The translations under genes were made by a program, and so were the position numbers. Below the pieces are notes generated by a model. It had not been told where the DNA came from. It saw nothing but the letters and a program-made list of their open reading frames with translations, and made no database searches. A stretch of 64,000 bases of DNA from positions 58,280,001 through 58,344,000 of the forward strand of contig OX597823.1 of assembly GCA_951406725.2 (NCBI GenBank). The letters are read 5' to 3'. Origin of the DNA: Octopus vulgaris (Eukaryota). Shown piece after piece: positions 25,123-40,257 of the stretch; positions within the stretch are counted from its first letter, which is position 1, and each line of letters begins with the position of its first letter.

Positions 25123-25297
25123 GACGTAGGAGTGGCTGTGTCGTAAGTAGCTTGCTTACGAACCACATGGTTCCGGGTTCAGTACCACTGTGTGGCACCT
25201 TGGGCAAGTGTCTTCTACTATAGCCTTGGGCCGACCAAAGCCTTGCGAATGGATTTGGTAGACGGAAACTGAAAGAACCCCGTCGTATATATGTATA

Positions 25298-25347
<50 letters not shown>

Positions 25348-25576
25348 TGTGTGTATATGTTTGTGTGTCTGTGTTTGCCCCCCCCCCCACATCGTTTGAC
25401 AACCGATGCTTGTGTGTTTACGTCCCCGTACCTTAGCGGTTCGGCAAAAGAGACCGATAAAATAAGTACTAGGCTTACAACGAATAAGTCCTGGGGTCGA
25501 TTTGCTCGACTAAAAGGTGGTGCTCCAGCATGGCCACAGTCAAATGGCTGAAACGTGTAAAAGAGTAAAAAGAGTA
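25123..25576 (+). mobile_element. SINE family A, full length
   Basis: tRNA-like head (gtggctgtgtcgtaag...gggttcagtacca), internal TA microsatellite, (aaaagagt)n tail. Confidence 0.92.
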
Positions 25577-25732
25577 AACTATACACTGGTCTGCATTGGC
25601 GCCGAATAAGCAGAATAAATTTCGAATTATGCAACAGAAGTAACTCTAATACACAATTTAGTCTATAGAATATACTTAACGTATGTGTATTGCTGAACAG
25701 TTATTCGTCCATGAAAATCGACAGATACATAT

Positions 25733-25956
25733 ACTCTTTACTCTTTACTCTTTTACTTATTTCAGTCATTTGACTGCGGCCATACTGGAGCACCGCCTTT
25801 AGTCGAGCAAATCGACCCCGGGACTTATTCTTTGTAAGCCTAGTACTTATTGTATCGGTCTCTTTTGCCGAACCGCTAAGTAACGGGGACGTAGACACAC
25901 CAGCATCGGTTGTCAAGCAATGCTAGGGGGACAAACACAGACACACAAACAAACAC

Positions 25957-25992
<36 letters not shown>

Positions 25993-26158
25993 ATACGACA
26001 GGCTTCTTTCAGTTTCCGTCTACCAAATCCACTCACAAGGCATTGGTCGGCCCGGGGCTATAGCAGAAGACACTTGCCCAAGATGCCACGCAGTGGGACT
26101 GAAACCGGAGCCATGTGGTTGGTTAGCAAGCTACTTACCACACAGTCACTCCTGCGCC
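25733..26158 (-). mobile_element. SINE family A, full length
   Basis: Reverse-complement copy of 25123-25576. Confidence 0.92.
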
Positions 26159-26199
26159 TATATGTTGCGATGTAGTAGAAATTTTTGCACTAAAATAAC

Positions 26200-27135
26200 T
26201 TAGGTAACTAATTACGAGCATAAACTAAAACTTACAAATCATCCGACAACACGCCTCGTAAATCCAACCAAGACAGAACTAACAATAGGTAGCAATGACA
26301 TCCACACATCATTAATATATTTACTTGGAAACTTCATGATAGACAAAAATACACTTTCACCCAATTTGACATAACTGACTAATTATCTGTTCGTATCTGA
26401 ACCATTAGTTTGAAAAGCATCAGAGTTTTGTCAACACTGCTCCACCATTACATATAACGACACACAAATAATTATGCATACTAGAAAATCTTTTACCTTC
26501 TTTATTAATAACATACAAATCAATAAACATAGTGTAGAAAATGTTGACTGAAGTGTGAGAATCAGAGATTCAGCAAAAATTTCAAACCTAATTCATCTGT
26601 ATATTTTAAACATGACATAATAAATTCCACTCTACCAGCGCCGATATATAGAGAGTGATGACGACCAATTAATCACTAGAAATATCAGCGGAAAATATAT
26701 ATAACTTCACAAAAGCTCTAACCAAAATATATCCAACAATACAAATTTTACATTTACAGATAATGGTATTTAAACTTAGATAAACATTTTCAATTATGCA
26801 TTCTGTTGTAAACATTGGATAGTTAAAATAATAACTATTATTCTAACACATCCAGTCTATCTTGATTATACATTATCATAGAGCTTCATTTATTGAAATA
26901 ATACATGTGTACATTGATATACTACCGTTTAGTGGCTGCAAGGAAGCCGCTAAATACCAGGAACATACACAACCGAGCAGAAGAAAGCTCAAAAGAAATA
27001 TCACATGGTTTAATCGAACATATTCAATGTTGGCAACCAGATAGGTAAAATAGGTTTTGAGCTTGTAAAAACTGCACTTTACACATTACATGAGTATAAG
27101 AGAATTTTCATCGAAAACAGATTGAAAATATACTC
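26200..27135 (+). mobile_element. Heavily degraded Penelope-like RT remnant
   Basis: Residual peptides HKLKLTNHPTTRLVNPTKTEL, RDSAKISNLIHLYIL, RRKLKRNITWFNRTYS and EYKRIFIENRLKIYS resemble PLE RT/linker motifs (RLINPAKSE, RNIIWFNPPYS, KIFN..T.KISYS). Confidence 0.6.
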
Positions 27136-27159
27136 TTTTATTCTTACTCTCTCTCTCTC

Positions 27160-27889
<730 letters not shown>

Positions 27890-28581
27890 TATATGCTACA
27901 TAAAATTAACAAACTCATAATACACTATTTAATTAGTGCTTCTAACCGCCATGACAAAAACAATAGTAAGCCCTCAAAATTCAACTGTATTTTTCACAAT
28001 ATATTCTAGTATATCAACTGCTTATTGCATACAGTTATGAAGTACTCACTCTTAAATGTAATAGAACGGAATAGATAGCTTCGATATGACAATACATCAA
28101 TTGAGGACAAGGTATAGTCAGCTTAAATACGCATATGTATGTATGCAAATATGTATGTATGTGTATGTGTATGTATGTATGTATGTATGTATGTATGTAT
28201 GTATGTATGTATGTATGTATGTATGTATGCATCTCAGGGTATAGATGACGTGAAATCGATCGGTTTGGAAAGAACTGATCTATGATGATTGCAAACACGG
28301 AGAATCCATCTTGAAACGAGCATTTCATAGACAGAACTTAGCTTCAAACGAAAACACTTTTCGACCTAAAAACGTTTGTAACATCTGCAGTAAGGTCCTT
28401 TCCTAAAGGCAAAAAACTACACCCCTATCATATTAACTCACCACAACTTTAAACGATTTATTTTGTTCACTGGATACAGTTTACGGTTCGTCTTTATACT
28501 AATGGATTTAATTTGACCTCGTTTTATTACGTATTTTTTCTGTTTTCACATTAATTTTTTCCCCCGCTTTATTATTATATA

Positions 28582-29094
28582 CTAGCAGTATCACCCGGCG
28601 TTGCTCGGGTTTGTAAGGGAAATAACTATATAAGCATTTTTAGAGAGTTACTTCCCTTATAGATGCCAATTCGGGCTTTCTTAGCCATTTCTGTTTTGGT
28701 TTTTTCAAGCCATGAAGTCGTTGTTCTAAAAGAACGCTGGTCTCCTTGACAACGCTTTACGACGTTGATTTCCTTACACTCCCTTCCCCACAGCTTCACG
28801 AGGGAGGGAAGAAGGGGGAGAAGCAAACAAGTGCAGGTGTGACCATGGACGCCAACTCCGCCGCCATCGACACACGAAAAATTATGCATTAAAATGGAAC
28901 AAAAAATGATGTTAAATTATTTTAAAAATCGTAGACTCATCGTAGACGCGCGCTAATACCCAGACGGGCTCGATATGAATCACGACTATAAGATACCCGA
29001 ATTTGGTTAAACTGCACCGCAAAATGTGGGAGTAGTTAGGAATCTAAATCGAAGGGGACAGACACTCACACAACTACAGTTTTATATATATAGA
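28582..29094 (-). mobile_element. Complete non-autonomous Helitron
   Basis: Minus strand starts TCtatatatataaaa, ends with hairpin cccgagcaacgccggg-tgatactg-CTAG, and is inserted between A and T with no TSD. Confidence 0.88.
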
Positions 29095-29703
29095 TTACTA
29101 ATTCATTTTCCTATAAATAAATTTATTTGTGGAGGCACATGGCCTAGTGGTTAAAGAATTACATTTATATGTTTTTCCATTACATTTTCTGCCCTCCGCC
29201 TCATTCTCTTTCTTTCAGTCCGTTTTTTCATTGTGCTTTTCAGATGTTTTTTCTTTCAGTTACATATATTAACCTTTCTCAACATTCAAAAACACATCTA
29301 GATGAAATCTCCAAGCGGTTTAAATAGATTAGTCTTTGATTTTCTAAGAGCCTAAAAAATGTCAGCAGAAACACCCGCCAGGCATCATGTGTTAAGAGCC
29401 GAAATACTTGTCTGGCGAGAGGTTTCTTCTCTGAAGATATTCTGCCGTTCAGTTCTCTTGATTGTTACATACTACTGAATGCTAATGTGCCATACTTCCA
29501 CGAAATGTTTATCAGTGATAACACGCGAGCTTTTAAAATAAAGGCAAAATCATATTTTGAAATCAGCGGCAGCGTGGAACTCACGGTAAATAGTTATGAA
29601 ACTACATTTTCATTGTTATTACTGTCGTTGAATTTGTATATTGCGTACGTTTTACATAAATTTGTATAAACAAGGATATGTATAAATATAAATATGCGTG
29701 TGC

Positions 29704-29743
<40 letters not shown>

Positions 29744-29989
29744 TAAAAGAAAAGAAATGTAAAAGTCACTATCCATTTTTCACTATATATATAAAGAGTA
29801 AAGAGCATATATATATATATATATATATATCTGTATATATGCGTGGGTTTACATGTATGTTTATGCCAAAATTTATTTCATATAACTGCAAATACTTCAT
29901 ATTTACTTGAATTGTTTAAGCCGCATACATACATGCATACGTACGTACATACATACTTACATACTCACATGCATACATACACATATACA

Positions 29990-30032
<43 letters not shown>

Positions 30033-30869
30033 GTATATATATATGTATATATATATATATATGTATATATATATGTATATATATGTATATATATATGTAT
30101 ATATATATATATGTATATATTTATACACACACACACATATATATATATATATTATCCATATACATATATACACACACATAACTCTCAATATATGTCTAAT
30201 GACACGTTCTCTCCTATTGTTTTTCGAATGTTTCTACGTCATAAACTTTAGACACTGTTGAAGCACGTATTTCGGTTTTTCGCTTTAACTAAAGGAAAAT
30301 TTATTACGACGTCGAAATAAATTATTCTCAAACGATTACAAAATTTTGGAATAAGCTAAGTTTTTAATATTCACAAATGACTATACGATGCGCAGTACGT
30401 TACTTTGTTTAACTGCGCTTCGTGTTCGTCATATTTATTCATGTCTGCTTTTGTTTTTCCTCATATACCTTGAAAGACAAAAAACTCTTCAGCAAGCCCA
30501 CGTAGTTAATCTTCAGTGGGTGAGAACGAAGCATTTCCTTGTATCTGGACACCATTTTATTGCAGGGAACGCTCTGTAAAAGTTCCTAGCATAGAGTGAG
30601 GCCGACTTTTCAAAAATATGCAATGAGGGATATTTGACCCACGAAACTGAAGTAATAGTCTAATAGCTTACAGAATAGTCCAACTTCAGCTTTGGTACGA
30701 ATTATGAGACGAGAATGTAACATTCAGACTCAAGTCAAGAGCATTAATAATGTGATATGACACCGAGTCTGCTCAAATAAACAAAATAATAACACTCAGC
30801 CAATGGATTATATTTTGCTCAGCAAAATAAAATTTTGTCTAACACCCAAGTAATATAATTTTAGTCTAC

Positions 30870-31085
30870 CACCCAAGTAAGCCATGGTGGGATTTGAACT
30901 CATAAGTGGAAAAAATACCGCTAGGCATTCAGTCCGACCTACACACAATTCTATCCACTCATTACGCCTTGGATTGGTAATAATTTTATTGACTCCGAAG
31001 CGAAGAAAGGCAAAGCCGACCTCGCCGGGAAGTGAACCCAGGGCGTAGAAAATTACTAAGATCTCTACCAATTCGCCATCTGCTT
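30870..31085 (-). mobile_element. Two adjacent degraded SINE family B fragments
   Basis: ggatttgaactc...aaataccgctaggcatt and gaaaggcaaagccgacctcgccggg...attcgccatc. Confidence 0.55.
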
Positions 31086-31936
31086 GTTTATCTAGTAGCA
31101 ACAACAACGACAGCACCACCAACAACACCAACAAAAGCAACAGTAGCAGCAGCACTATTCAAGATATTTAGATATTTAACCATTCCAGATGGAAAATTGC
31201 ATCTGTATGATTCTCCTTTAAAACAGTTCTCCATGCACATTGATAAGATTTTAAGTTGTAAGTGAAATGTTAATTTACTAGTGGAAACGACTCTATAAAT
31301 TCTACATAAATAACAAAACTAATATATTTTCTGCTCCTTTTTGTATACTCAGACGGTGCCATAAACTAAAATACTCATATAACCATTATTCTCATGAGAA
31401 CTTTTAAACTCTTATCACTCCCATTCTGAATATCGTTTTTTAATTTTAGATTTAGCGTTTGTTTCGTTCTCTTAATTTTCTTTAATAGTAAATTTACGAG
31501 AAGGTTAGGGTCAGAGGGAAACCTGAAGATGTGGATAAAAAGAAGTGAGATAACGAAAAGAATATACGGCGTAATACTTACTTTAGATACAGCTCAGTAC
31601 GAGAATATATGTGAGAGTATTTACAGACGTATATGTGTTTGTGTATGTTTGTATGTGAACATATATATATGTGTGAGTGTATGTATATATATATATAATG
31701 TGTGTGTGTATATATATACATAGGTACATATGTATGTGTACGCACACACACACATATATATATATATATGTACATGTGCATAAACATATGAATATATATC
31801 CGAATATGTATACACATATAAAGACGCGCGCGCACACTCACACGCACACACATGCGTGTATATATATATATATATATTTATACATAAATACATGTATATA
31901 TGTATATATGTGTGTGTGTGTGTATACATGTACACA

Positions 31937-31982
<46 letters not shown>

Positions 31983-32103
31983 TACATATATATATGTATG
32001 TATATATACATATATACATATATACATATGGACATGCGTGTGTGCGTATATATATGAAAATATGTATATGCGTGTGTGTATTATATATATATATGTATGT
32101 ATG

Positions 32104-32161
<58 letters not shown>

Positions 32162-32892
32162 TATGTATACGCATATACTCAAGAGTGTGAGCGTGTGTGT
32201 TTGTGTGTGTGTGTGTATGTGTGTGTGTATGTGCGTGTGTCTGCGTGTGTCTGCGTTTGAGCAATTCTGGTGTGTTTTTAGCTGCATGTAATATTTCGCT
32301 AAATTAATCTGGATTACAATCTATTTAAATAATCAGCGGCTTTGTTTTCTTGCATTTAAGCAATGGAATCTGCTTGATGAACGATTTTTATTGGCTTCTC
32401 GGCATTATCATCCTCACTTCTCTGGTTCCTTAATGAGGTATTTATTTAATTCCCAGGCAAATTATGTCTACCTGTATAGGATTATATATATATATATATA
32501 AATATATAAATATGAATATATATAAGAATGTGTGTGTGCGTAATGTGCGTAGTATGTGTTTGTGCATTGTGAGCATGTGTTTGTGTGAGTGTGTGTGTGT
32601 ATGTGTATGCATATGTATAGATACGTGTGTTTATGAAATACTTTGATTTCTATATTTGTTTGATATTTGTATCTATGTATGAGCATACACACACACACAC
32701 GCACGCACGCACACACACACGCACACACACACACACATATATACATATGCACAAATGCGGGCATACATAAACACTTTCATATATACGTAAAAAAATACCT
32801 ATATATGTTGTGCCTGTGTGTATGAACGTATATAAACTTACGCATACATACATACATATGGATATCTATCTATAAATCTCTCTTTCTCTCTC

Positions 32893-32989
<97 letters not shown>

Positions 32990-32993
32990 CGTA

Positions 32994-33028
<35 letters not shown>

Positions 33029-33569
33029 ATATATATATATATATATATACATATATACATATACATATACATACACACTCACTTATATTTATATACATTC
33101 GTCAAACTTTCATACACTGCACTTATTAATATAACATATTGCCGAAAGTTTAATCTGTAATGAACCTAAACGAACGCTGTCTGATACAAAGCTCACTTGT
33201 ACACAGTGAATATATTTCAAAAAAAAAAAAACAAACAAAAAAATAGGCAAGCTACCAGTCAGAAACTGCTTTTGATATGTGAGCAATCTATGGTTCGAGT
33301 CGAGCGCCGGGCAATAATTCATTTTTATCTTATTTTTACCTGTTCTTGTGAATTACAAATGAGACATAACTACAGACAGGAAATCGAGGCAGTTGTTTTG
33401 TTGGCGTTTGCCATATTTCTTGCTCCTGTATTCTTTACACAAACAGACGAAAAGACAAGATTCCAATTTCTATGATGGATATCGTTTTTCTTGCTCATAT
33501 TATTAGCATGTGGTATATGAACTTTCATGCATACAAATGGATGAGTGAATGCATATATATACATATATA

Positions 33570-33635
<66 letters not shown>

Positions 33636-33790
33636 TGCATATGCATGTAGATAATGAAATACATGCATACATTTACACATAAATGCATATGTATGTAGTT
33701 TTTAATATATATGTACCTATATATGTATATACATATATATCTCCCTTTATCTATCTATATGTGTGTGTACTTGTATATACATGTATATGG

Positions 33791-33821
<31 letters not shown>

Positions 33822-33849
33822 TGTATGTATGCGTGTCTATGTATCATAT

Positions 33850-33886
<37 letters not shown>

Positions 33887-33898
33887 CATACAAACATG

Positions 33899-33941
<43 letters not shown>

Positions 33942-34088
33942 AGGAGGGATATGTCATTGTATATGTGTAATATAAAGACAGAAGTTGGATTCAGGATGTA
34001 TGAAGTTGTTAGTTTGGCTATTATATATTATGCTAGCGGGAGAGGCACATGTCAATGTCCTTGATTGATGTGCGAGAGTGTATTGATG

Positions 34089-34151
<63 letters not shown>

Positions 34152-34758
34152 ATATGTGTGTATATATATATATATTTATACATATACATACATATATATA
34201 TATATATTTATACATATATATATATACATGCATATACATACTTACACGCACACATATGTATACATTTACATAAATCTCTATGCAGTTACATATCTATGAA
34301 TAAGTGTATATATTTCTGCTCATTCATACATACATACATACATACATACATACATACATACATACATACATACATACATGCATACATACATACATATATA
34401 CATACATACATATATACATACATACATACATGCATTGGGTCACCAAGTTCTCAGAAACAGCTGTTGGACTCGTAAAATTCCTACTCACACCGCTTAATTT
34501 CACATATCATTTCCATTCTGTGTAAGGCGGACTTTTCTATATATATATATATATACCTATGTACATTTTTGTATTAAATGTATTTAACATTTTTTTTATA
34601 TATCGTCTTGACTAACTTGCTTCTCCTTACATTTACTTCTCTAACTGCTCAAGTTTAAATCATTTGAGCACTTCAATATATATTCTGTACGGAATGCCTG
34701 TCTCTAATCACTCTTTGTCTCAGTCTGTCTGTCTGTCTGTCTCTCTGTTCTCTCTCTT

Positions 34759-34828
<70 letters not shown>

Positions 34829-34946
34829 TAAACTTAGATATATTTTACGAGCGGTGTATTGGTCCAAAGTCTTGAGCCTCAAAAAGCGAAACATGGTATT
34901 CGAAGAGTTCTGATGAAGGTACAAGATATATATATCAAGCCTATAA

Positions 34947-35014
<68 letters not shown>

Positions 35015-35772
35015 TGAGCCTAAAAAGCGAAACATACAAGAGTTCTGATGAAGGTACAAGACTTCAATTTTTACCCTCGTATATATATATATATATATAT
35101 AAATAGAAGTGTATTTTTACCTTGTTAACAATTAACACGAAAAAATAAATAAATAGTTACCAGGGTAGCAAAAATGCTCACAAGTAAAGATGTTGTAACT
35201 CCTTGTTTATAAAGGTAGAAACTTCGTGTTTACGTTGAATATTTTGAATAATATATGAATAAATAAATTGAGTTTAACGCAGGTGTAATCAAATATTTTT
35301 ACTTTCGACACATGTTTCGAAAATTCCACTGATACTACTCAAAAGAATAAATGGTATAAACAATGCAATCTTCTCAGGGGAGTGAAAAAAGCGAAACTCG
35401 TCAATTAGACATTTTAGCAAAAAATGATGGATTTGTATAGCGATAGACAGAACGCTATTGATATTTTTTAAAAAAACGTTATATGATATAACGTCATAAG
35501 TAGCTAACAGAAAGAGTAGGGATACCAATAGTGAATGTTAAATATAAAGGAAATTAATGTTTAAATTATATATAATGATAGAGGCTACTTATATGCACTA
35601 AATGTATGTTTTTGCCAATGCTTACATCTGTATGCTCGCTCTATAACCGTGTTTACTAGAGTATTTTTAGTAAAAATAATGAAGAATAGCTCAGAATTGC
35701 ATTGACAGAATTCCTTGCCTTTGTCATATAGTATCGAAATATGTGTGTGTGTGTATCTATTAATATATCTAT

Positions 35773-36470
35773 GTATTGTACTGTCAGACAAATTTCTATC
35801 TACCCCAGCCCCGTAATGTTATTTGAACGCGAAAAACATTTTTATAAACGCGCAAATATTTTTTCCTGTTTTATTACATTTTGTTTTAGCTCTGTTCTTC
35901 TTCAACAGATCTTGCTTATCATTTTTGAAATTTGAATAGAATTTATTTTTTTTCAGATGGTATACGACGATGGAATGCCAGGTAGAAACTGGAGGAGAGT
36001 ATTTTCGACACCTGCTTCTCTTCACTTTCATTTCAGGTTGAGGTTCCAAAACTACCAATGCCGCTTGAGATATTTGTGCTAAGTACGGACAAGGGGCTAT
36101 ACCAGAAAGAACTGCAAAGAGTGAAAATTCAACCTCACAGGCCTTCCACGTTCGGGCCGACATGTTCGGTTAGGCGACTGTTGATGGAACGAGCTTCTCT
36201 TCGAGGATCCACGCCGGACCACCTGGGAATTGGCCATGCAGATGAAAAAATACTCACATAAAATTGTTGCTTGTCAGCTTCATTCGATGAGTAATTCCAA
36301 GAATTCGGTGCATGTATGTCACACTCTGTGGGCGACGGATTAAACTTCACGGTTCCTCTATCGTCACCAGTTTCCTCATTCGACTCAAACACAAGCATGA
36401 ACACAGATTTTTGTTTTACCGCTTCGTCTCTGACAATGAAAACGGTGTCTTTGGGTCAATATAAAGCATA
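35773..36470 (+). mobile_element. Mariner transposon remnant (transposase N-terminal half from 35969)
   Basis: MECQVETGGEYFRHLLLF...DICAKYGQGAIPERTAK, RSGR, EDPRRTTWELA, and degenerate WVPH-like and IVTGDEKW-like segments; stops and frameshifts present. Confidence 0.75.
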
Positions 36471-36711
36471 TACTTATACATATGCGTGTCTACATATACT
36501 ATGTTTATAAATGTATATACATGTACGCATACACACCCCACATACATACACACCTACATACATATATACTTATGTATGCATGTTTGTGTCTGCGTGTCTA
36601 TTATAATATATATAAAATATACATAAATACACACATACATACATACATATATATGTTTGTGTATATGTGCGTGTGTGAATTTCTCTTAATCCTTGCGAGA
36701 ATGATAACGAG

Positions 36712-36810
36712 GCTATAGTATAAGTTACATGCGCATGGTGCCACTCAGTACGACAGAACCCGGAACCATGTGGTTAGGAAACAAACTTATTGCCTCACAG
36801 CTACCCTTGC
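36712..36810 (-). mobile_element. SINE family A head fragment
   Basis: ggtgccactcagtacgacagaacccggaaccatgtggttaggaaacaaactt. Confidence 0.65.
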
Positions 36811-36816
36811 ATCCCC

Positions 36817-36871
<55 letters not shown>

Positions 36872-37096
36872 GACGAAGGATTACGTAAGTGATTTATTCG
36901 TTAATAGGCGAAACTGCCGGTCTGCGATTAATTCTTGCTTTTTTATATAATTTTCATCTGTCTTGCCCGCATATTGTTCTGGTGTCCACTGAATTTTTCT
37001 CTAGAGAATATTCTTTTCTTTGTAGTATGATCGTAGGTAATCTACTTCTAGCATATGGTTGACCACATAGTGGTTCTTAACTCTTAAATATACACA

Positions 37097-37154
<58 letters not shown>

Positions 37155-37213
37155 GAAATTTGATATAATACTAAATTGAATTTTTCCCTGTAAGTTTGGA
37201 GTTATACTCCCTA

Positions 37214-37276
<63 letters not shown>

Positions 37277-37285
37277 CATATCATA

Positions 37286-37360
<75 letters not shown>

Positions 37361-37802
37361 TGTGCATTCTTGGGTGTATGTACAGATAAACTGTTGGCTA
37401 CTTATTTTCATCGATAGATGAATGTAACAAAAATTCTTATAATGTGATTCATTGATTTATGCATGCTTCTATTATCTGCTCCAAAGGGTTCAATTTTCTG
37501 TAAGTGGGGAAAGTAGAAAATCAAGAATAACAATTTCAATAAATGCTGTAGTAAATTGTATTCATTTTCTCATTATTTATGTATTCACTTTTTTTAGTTT
37601 TTATATTACACAGTGCATGCGCGCTCACATACATAATATTTTGTGTATGCCTGCTTATATGTATTGTATATGTGTTCCTTTAGGCTTATTTTGTTTCCTT
37701 TGCAAAATTCAAGTTGGTGACTAACTAAACTGCAAGGCTCTTTTGTTCAAGTCAAGAAAGCACTTGGAGTTTTGGTTATCTGCATAACTTGATGTATGCA
37801 TA

Positions 37803-37877
<75 letters not shown>

Positions 37878-37953
37878 TTGTGTGTGTGTGTTGTGTGCAT
37901 GTGCGAGCATGTGAATAAACTTGTACTCATGTGTGTGCGGGTGACAAAAGAAC

Positions 37954-38302
37954 ACTGCGTGGCACCTTGGGTAAGTGTCTTCTACTATAGCCTCGAGCCG
38001 ACCAAAGCCTTGTGAGTGGATTTGGTAGACGGAAACTGAAAGAAGACGGTCGTATATATGTATATATATATATATATATATGTGCATGTGCGTGTTTGTG
38101 TGTCTGTGTTTATCCCCCCAACATCGCTTGACGACCGATGCTGGTGTGTGTACGTCCCCGTAACTTAATGGTTCGGCAAAAAGAGACCGATAAAATAAGT
38201 ACTGGGCTTACAAAGAATAAGTCCTGGGGTCGATTTGATCGAGTAAAGGCGGTGGTCCAGCATGGCCACAGTCACATGACTGAAACAAGTAAAAGTAAAA
38301 GT
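37954..38302 (+). mobile_element. SINE family A, 5'-truncated
   Basis: cactgcgtggcaccttgggtaagtgtcttctactatagcc...tgactgaaacaagtaaaag. Confidence 0.9.
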
Positions 38303-38327
38303 AAGTAAGTATACGTGATTGTGTGTG

Positions 38328-38445
38328 AAGGCACATAGCTCAGTGGTTAGACCGTTGGGCTCAATTTCATGAGTTAGTGAGTTCGATTCCCTGACTGGGA
38401 TGTGTGTTGTGCTGTTGCTCACTATTTTTATTAGCACGTTTCATC
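38328..38445 (+). mobile_element. SINE family D tRNA-like head
   Basis: A box tagctcagtggttag and B box gagttcgattccc. Confidence 0.6.
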
Positions 38446-38959
38446 ACTACCCTTTATTTTTAAAGGTGTAAATACTCTCTGGTTTTGGTGTGCCTTTGGT
38501 ATGGCCGTTAGGGCAATCTTTCACTCTTATAGCATTCTACATCTTAGTAACAATGTCATGCCTCATAGGGCCGTAGTAACTTGCAGATATTTTGGGGGAT
38601 GCAACTAATGATAAGAGTGACATCTTCCACGCAGATATGGTATAATCGACACTTTCTATGACAGCGACTTCTTTATAGGTATTCTTATATCTTTTATATT
38701 GTACAGGCATTTAGGTAGTTGGTCTTTCTTATGGTGATGCATAAATTTACTATTAAACATTTAATACAATAGAATTCCTAAAAGTAGCCATTGTTTTTTT
38801 TTTCTGTAGCCTCGTTTGACTCATCACTAATCGAGAATACGCATGGCACATTAGTAGTATGTCAGTCAACTTGATATCACCATGTATGTGATATTTTTTC
38901 CACCGCTTAGTTGAAAAATCCATAGACTCTAGTACTACTATAAGGAAAAATATATTGTC

Positions 38960-40067
38960 TGTAAAATTTTTTGTAGCTGCCGCAACCTCCGTCTTTTTGA
39001 TTTTACGTGTCGCACGCACGTTGCAGGTCTTCAAACTGTTAACACTCGAGTGTGATGAAGTGTTGGTCCTTGCTTGAAGTATGCCCCATAAAAAGTAATC
39101 GAGAAGGTTGAGATCTGGACTATTGGTGGGCCAGATAATGGCCCTCACAAAAAGTGAAACCTTCTCATCAAGGAAGGCCTGTGTTGATTTTAACCCATGG
39201 CATAGTGCAGAATCCTGGATAAGCACCACATTATCAAGCCCAATCTTCTGCTCCATCCAAGCTAACTGAGAGTTCTTCATGATGTCCGGATAGTCCTCTG
39301 TGCCGATTTTCAAGCCAGACCAAATGAAGTGTGGATCCATGACACTTATTACTGGCCACGGCTCCAAACCAACACGGAAGCAGGATTCTTAGTCTCAAAC
39401 ACAGTGGGGATGTCAGAAAGGTTGTATGCAATCACTCGAGAATTAGAATTTCTGCGATTCACCTCAGCGTCCACAGTGAACTTCTTCTCGTCCACAAATA
39501 CGACAGTTTTTCCTGCATCTTGATGCTTGATGAATGACAAAAGCTCTGAGCATCTTACGGCTCTGATTGCTTTGGCCTTAGCTGTCAGGAGATGATGGCG
39601 TCGTTGAACACAGCTAGTCATGCCAAGGTTCCTGTTTAAGGCTCTGGACACCGTGGAAAGGGACATAGCGTTTCTTTGCAAGAGTTGTCATGGATGTAGA
39701 TGGGTTGGCTTCAATCGAGCGTTTGAAGTCAGCAAGAAGCTTTGAATTGCGCTTGGAATCACTTCGAGTCTTGCGCACTTTTCTATCAATCTTTCCCTCT
39801 TCTTTAAATTTTTTTATACAAACGATAAATTGTTGCTTTTGGAAATTTCGTCCACTTAACAATTCTCTTGGCAGTGTGCCCGGCGCGCGCCAAAACAACA
39901 ATGGCGGAACGATTCTGTTGTTCTGTGAGTTTCTGTCGTCAAATCAGTTCGTCATTTTTCGAGTAGGATTAGGTTTCAAGCAAGCAAAGTTTTGTGAAAA
40001 AAAATGAAATGTTAAACCTACTAAATCAACTGTTCAAAATTGGTCTCAATTTATCTGCAAAACCCTG
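38960..40067 (-). mobile_element. Tc1/mariner DD37D (maT-type) transposon, frameshifted and 3'-truncated
   Basis: VFVDEKKF, IQDSALCH and SPDLNLLDY with 37 residues between the second and third D; HTH region SIEANPSTSMTTLAK; 5' end TA-cagggttttgcagataaattgagacc on the minus strand. Confidence 0.88.
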
Positions 40068-40257
40068 TATACATGTTGCCTGATAATGAAAAGGGGCTTT
40101 TTATTTCTAATCATCATACACTTTTGTCCGCTATTTATGCGACAATCTGCATATATACTAGCGATTAGAGTGCTAACTCACGATCATTCAACCGTGGTTT
40201 CGATTACAGACTGGTAAAACACTTCATTTCATGTTGACCAAGTCCACTTAATTGCTT

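Noticed and set aside
35186-35236. Hammerhead-like cctt...aagg-ta-GAAAc segment
   Set aside because: The core position reads TTGTAAC and the junction spacing is wrong; too degenerate to call.
35945-36040. Apparent splice acceptor (ttttttttcag) followed by an exon
   Set aside because: The downstream sequence translates as a mariner transposase N-terminus with stops.
36870-36935. gcGAAActgccggTC resembling a hammerhead 3' half
   Set aside because: No upstream core or pairing stems found.
37768-37792. tttggttatct resembling miR-9
   Set aside because: The match stops after 11 nt and there is no precursor hairpin.
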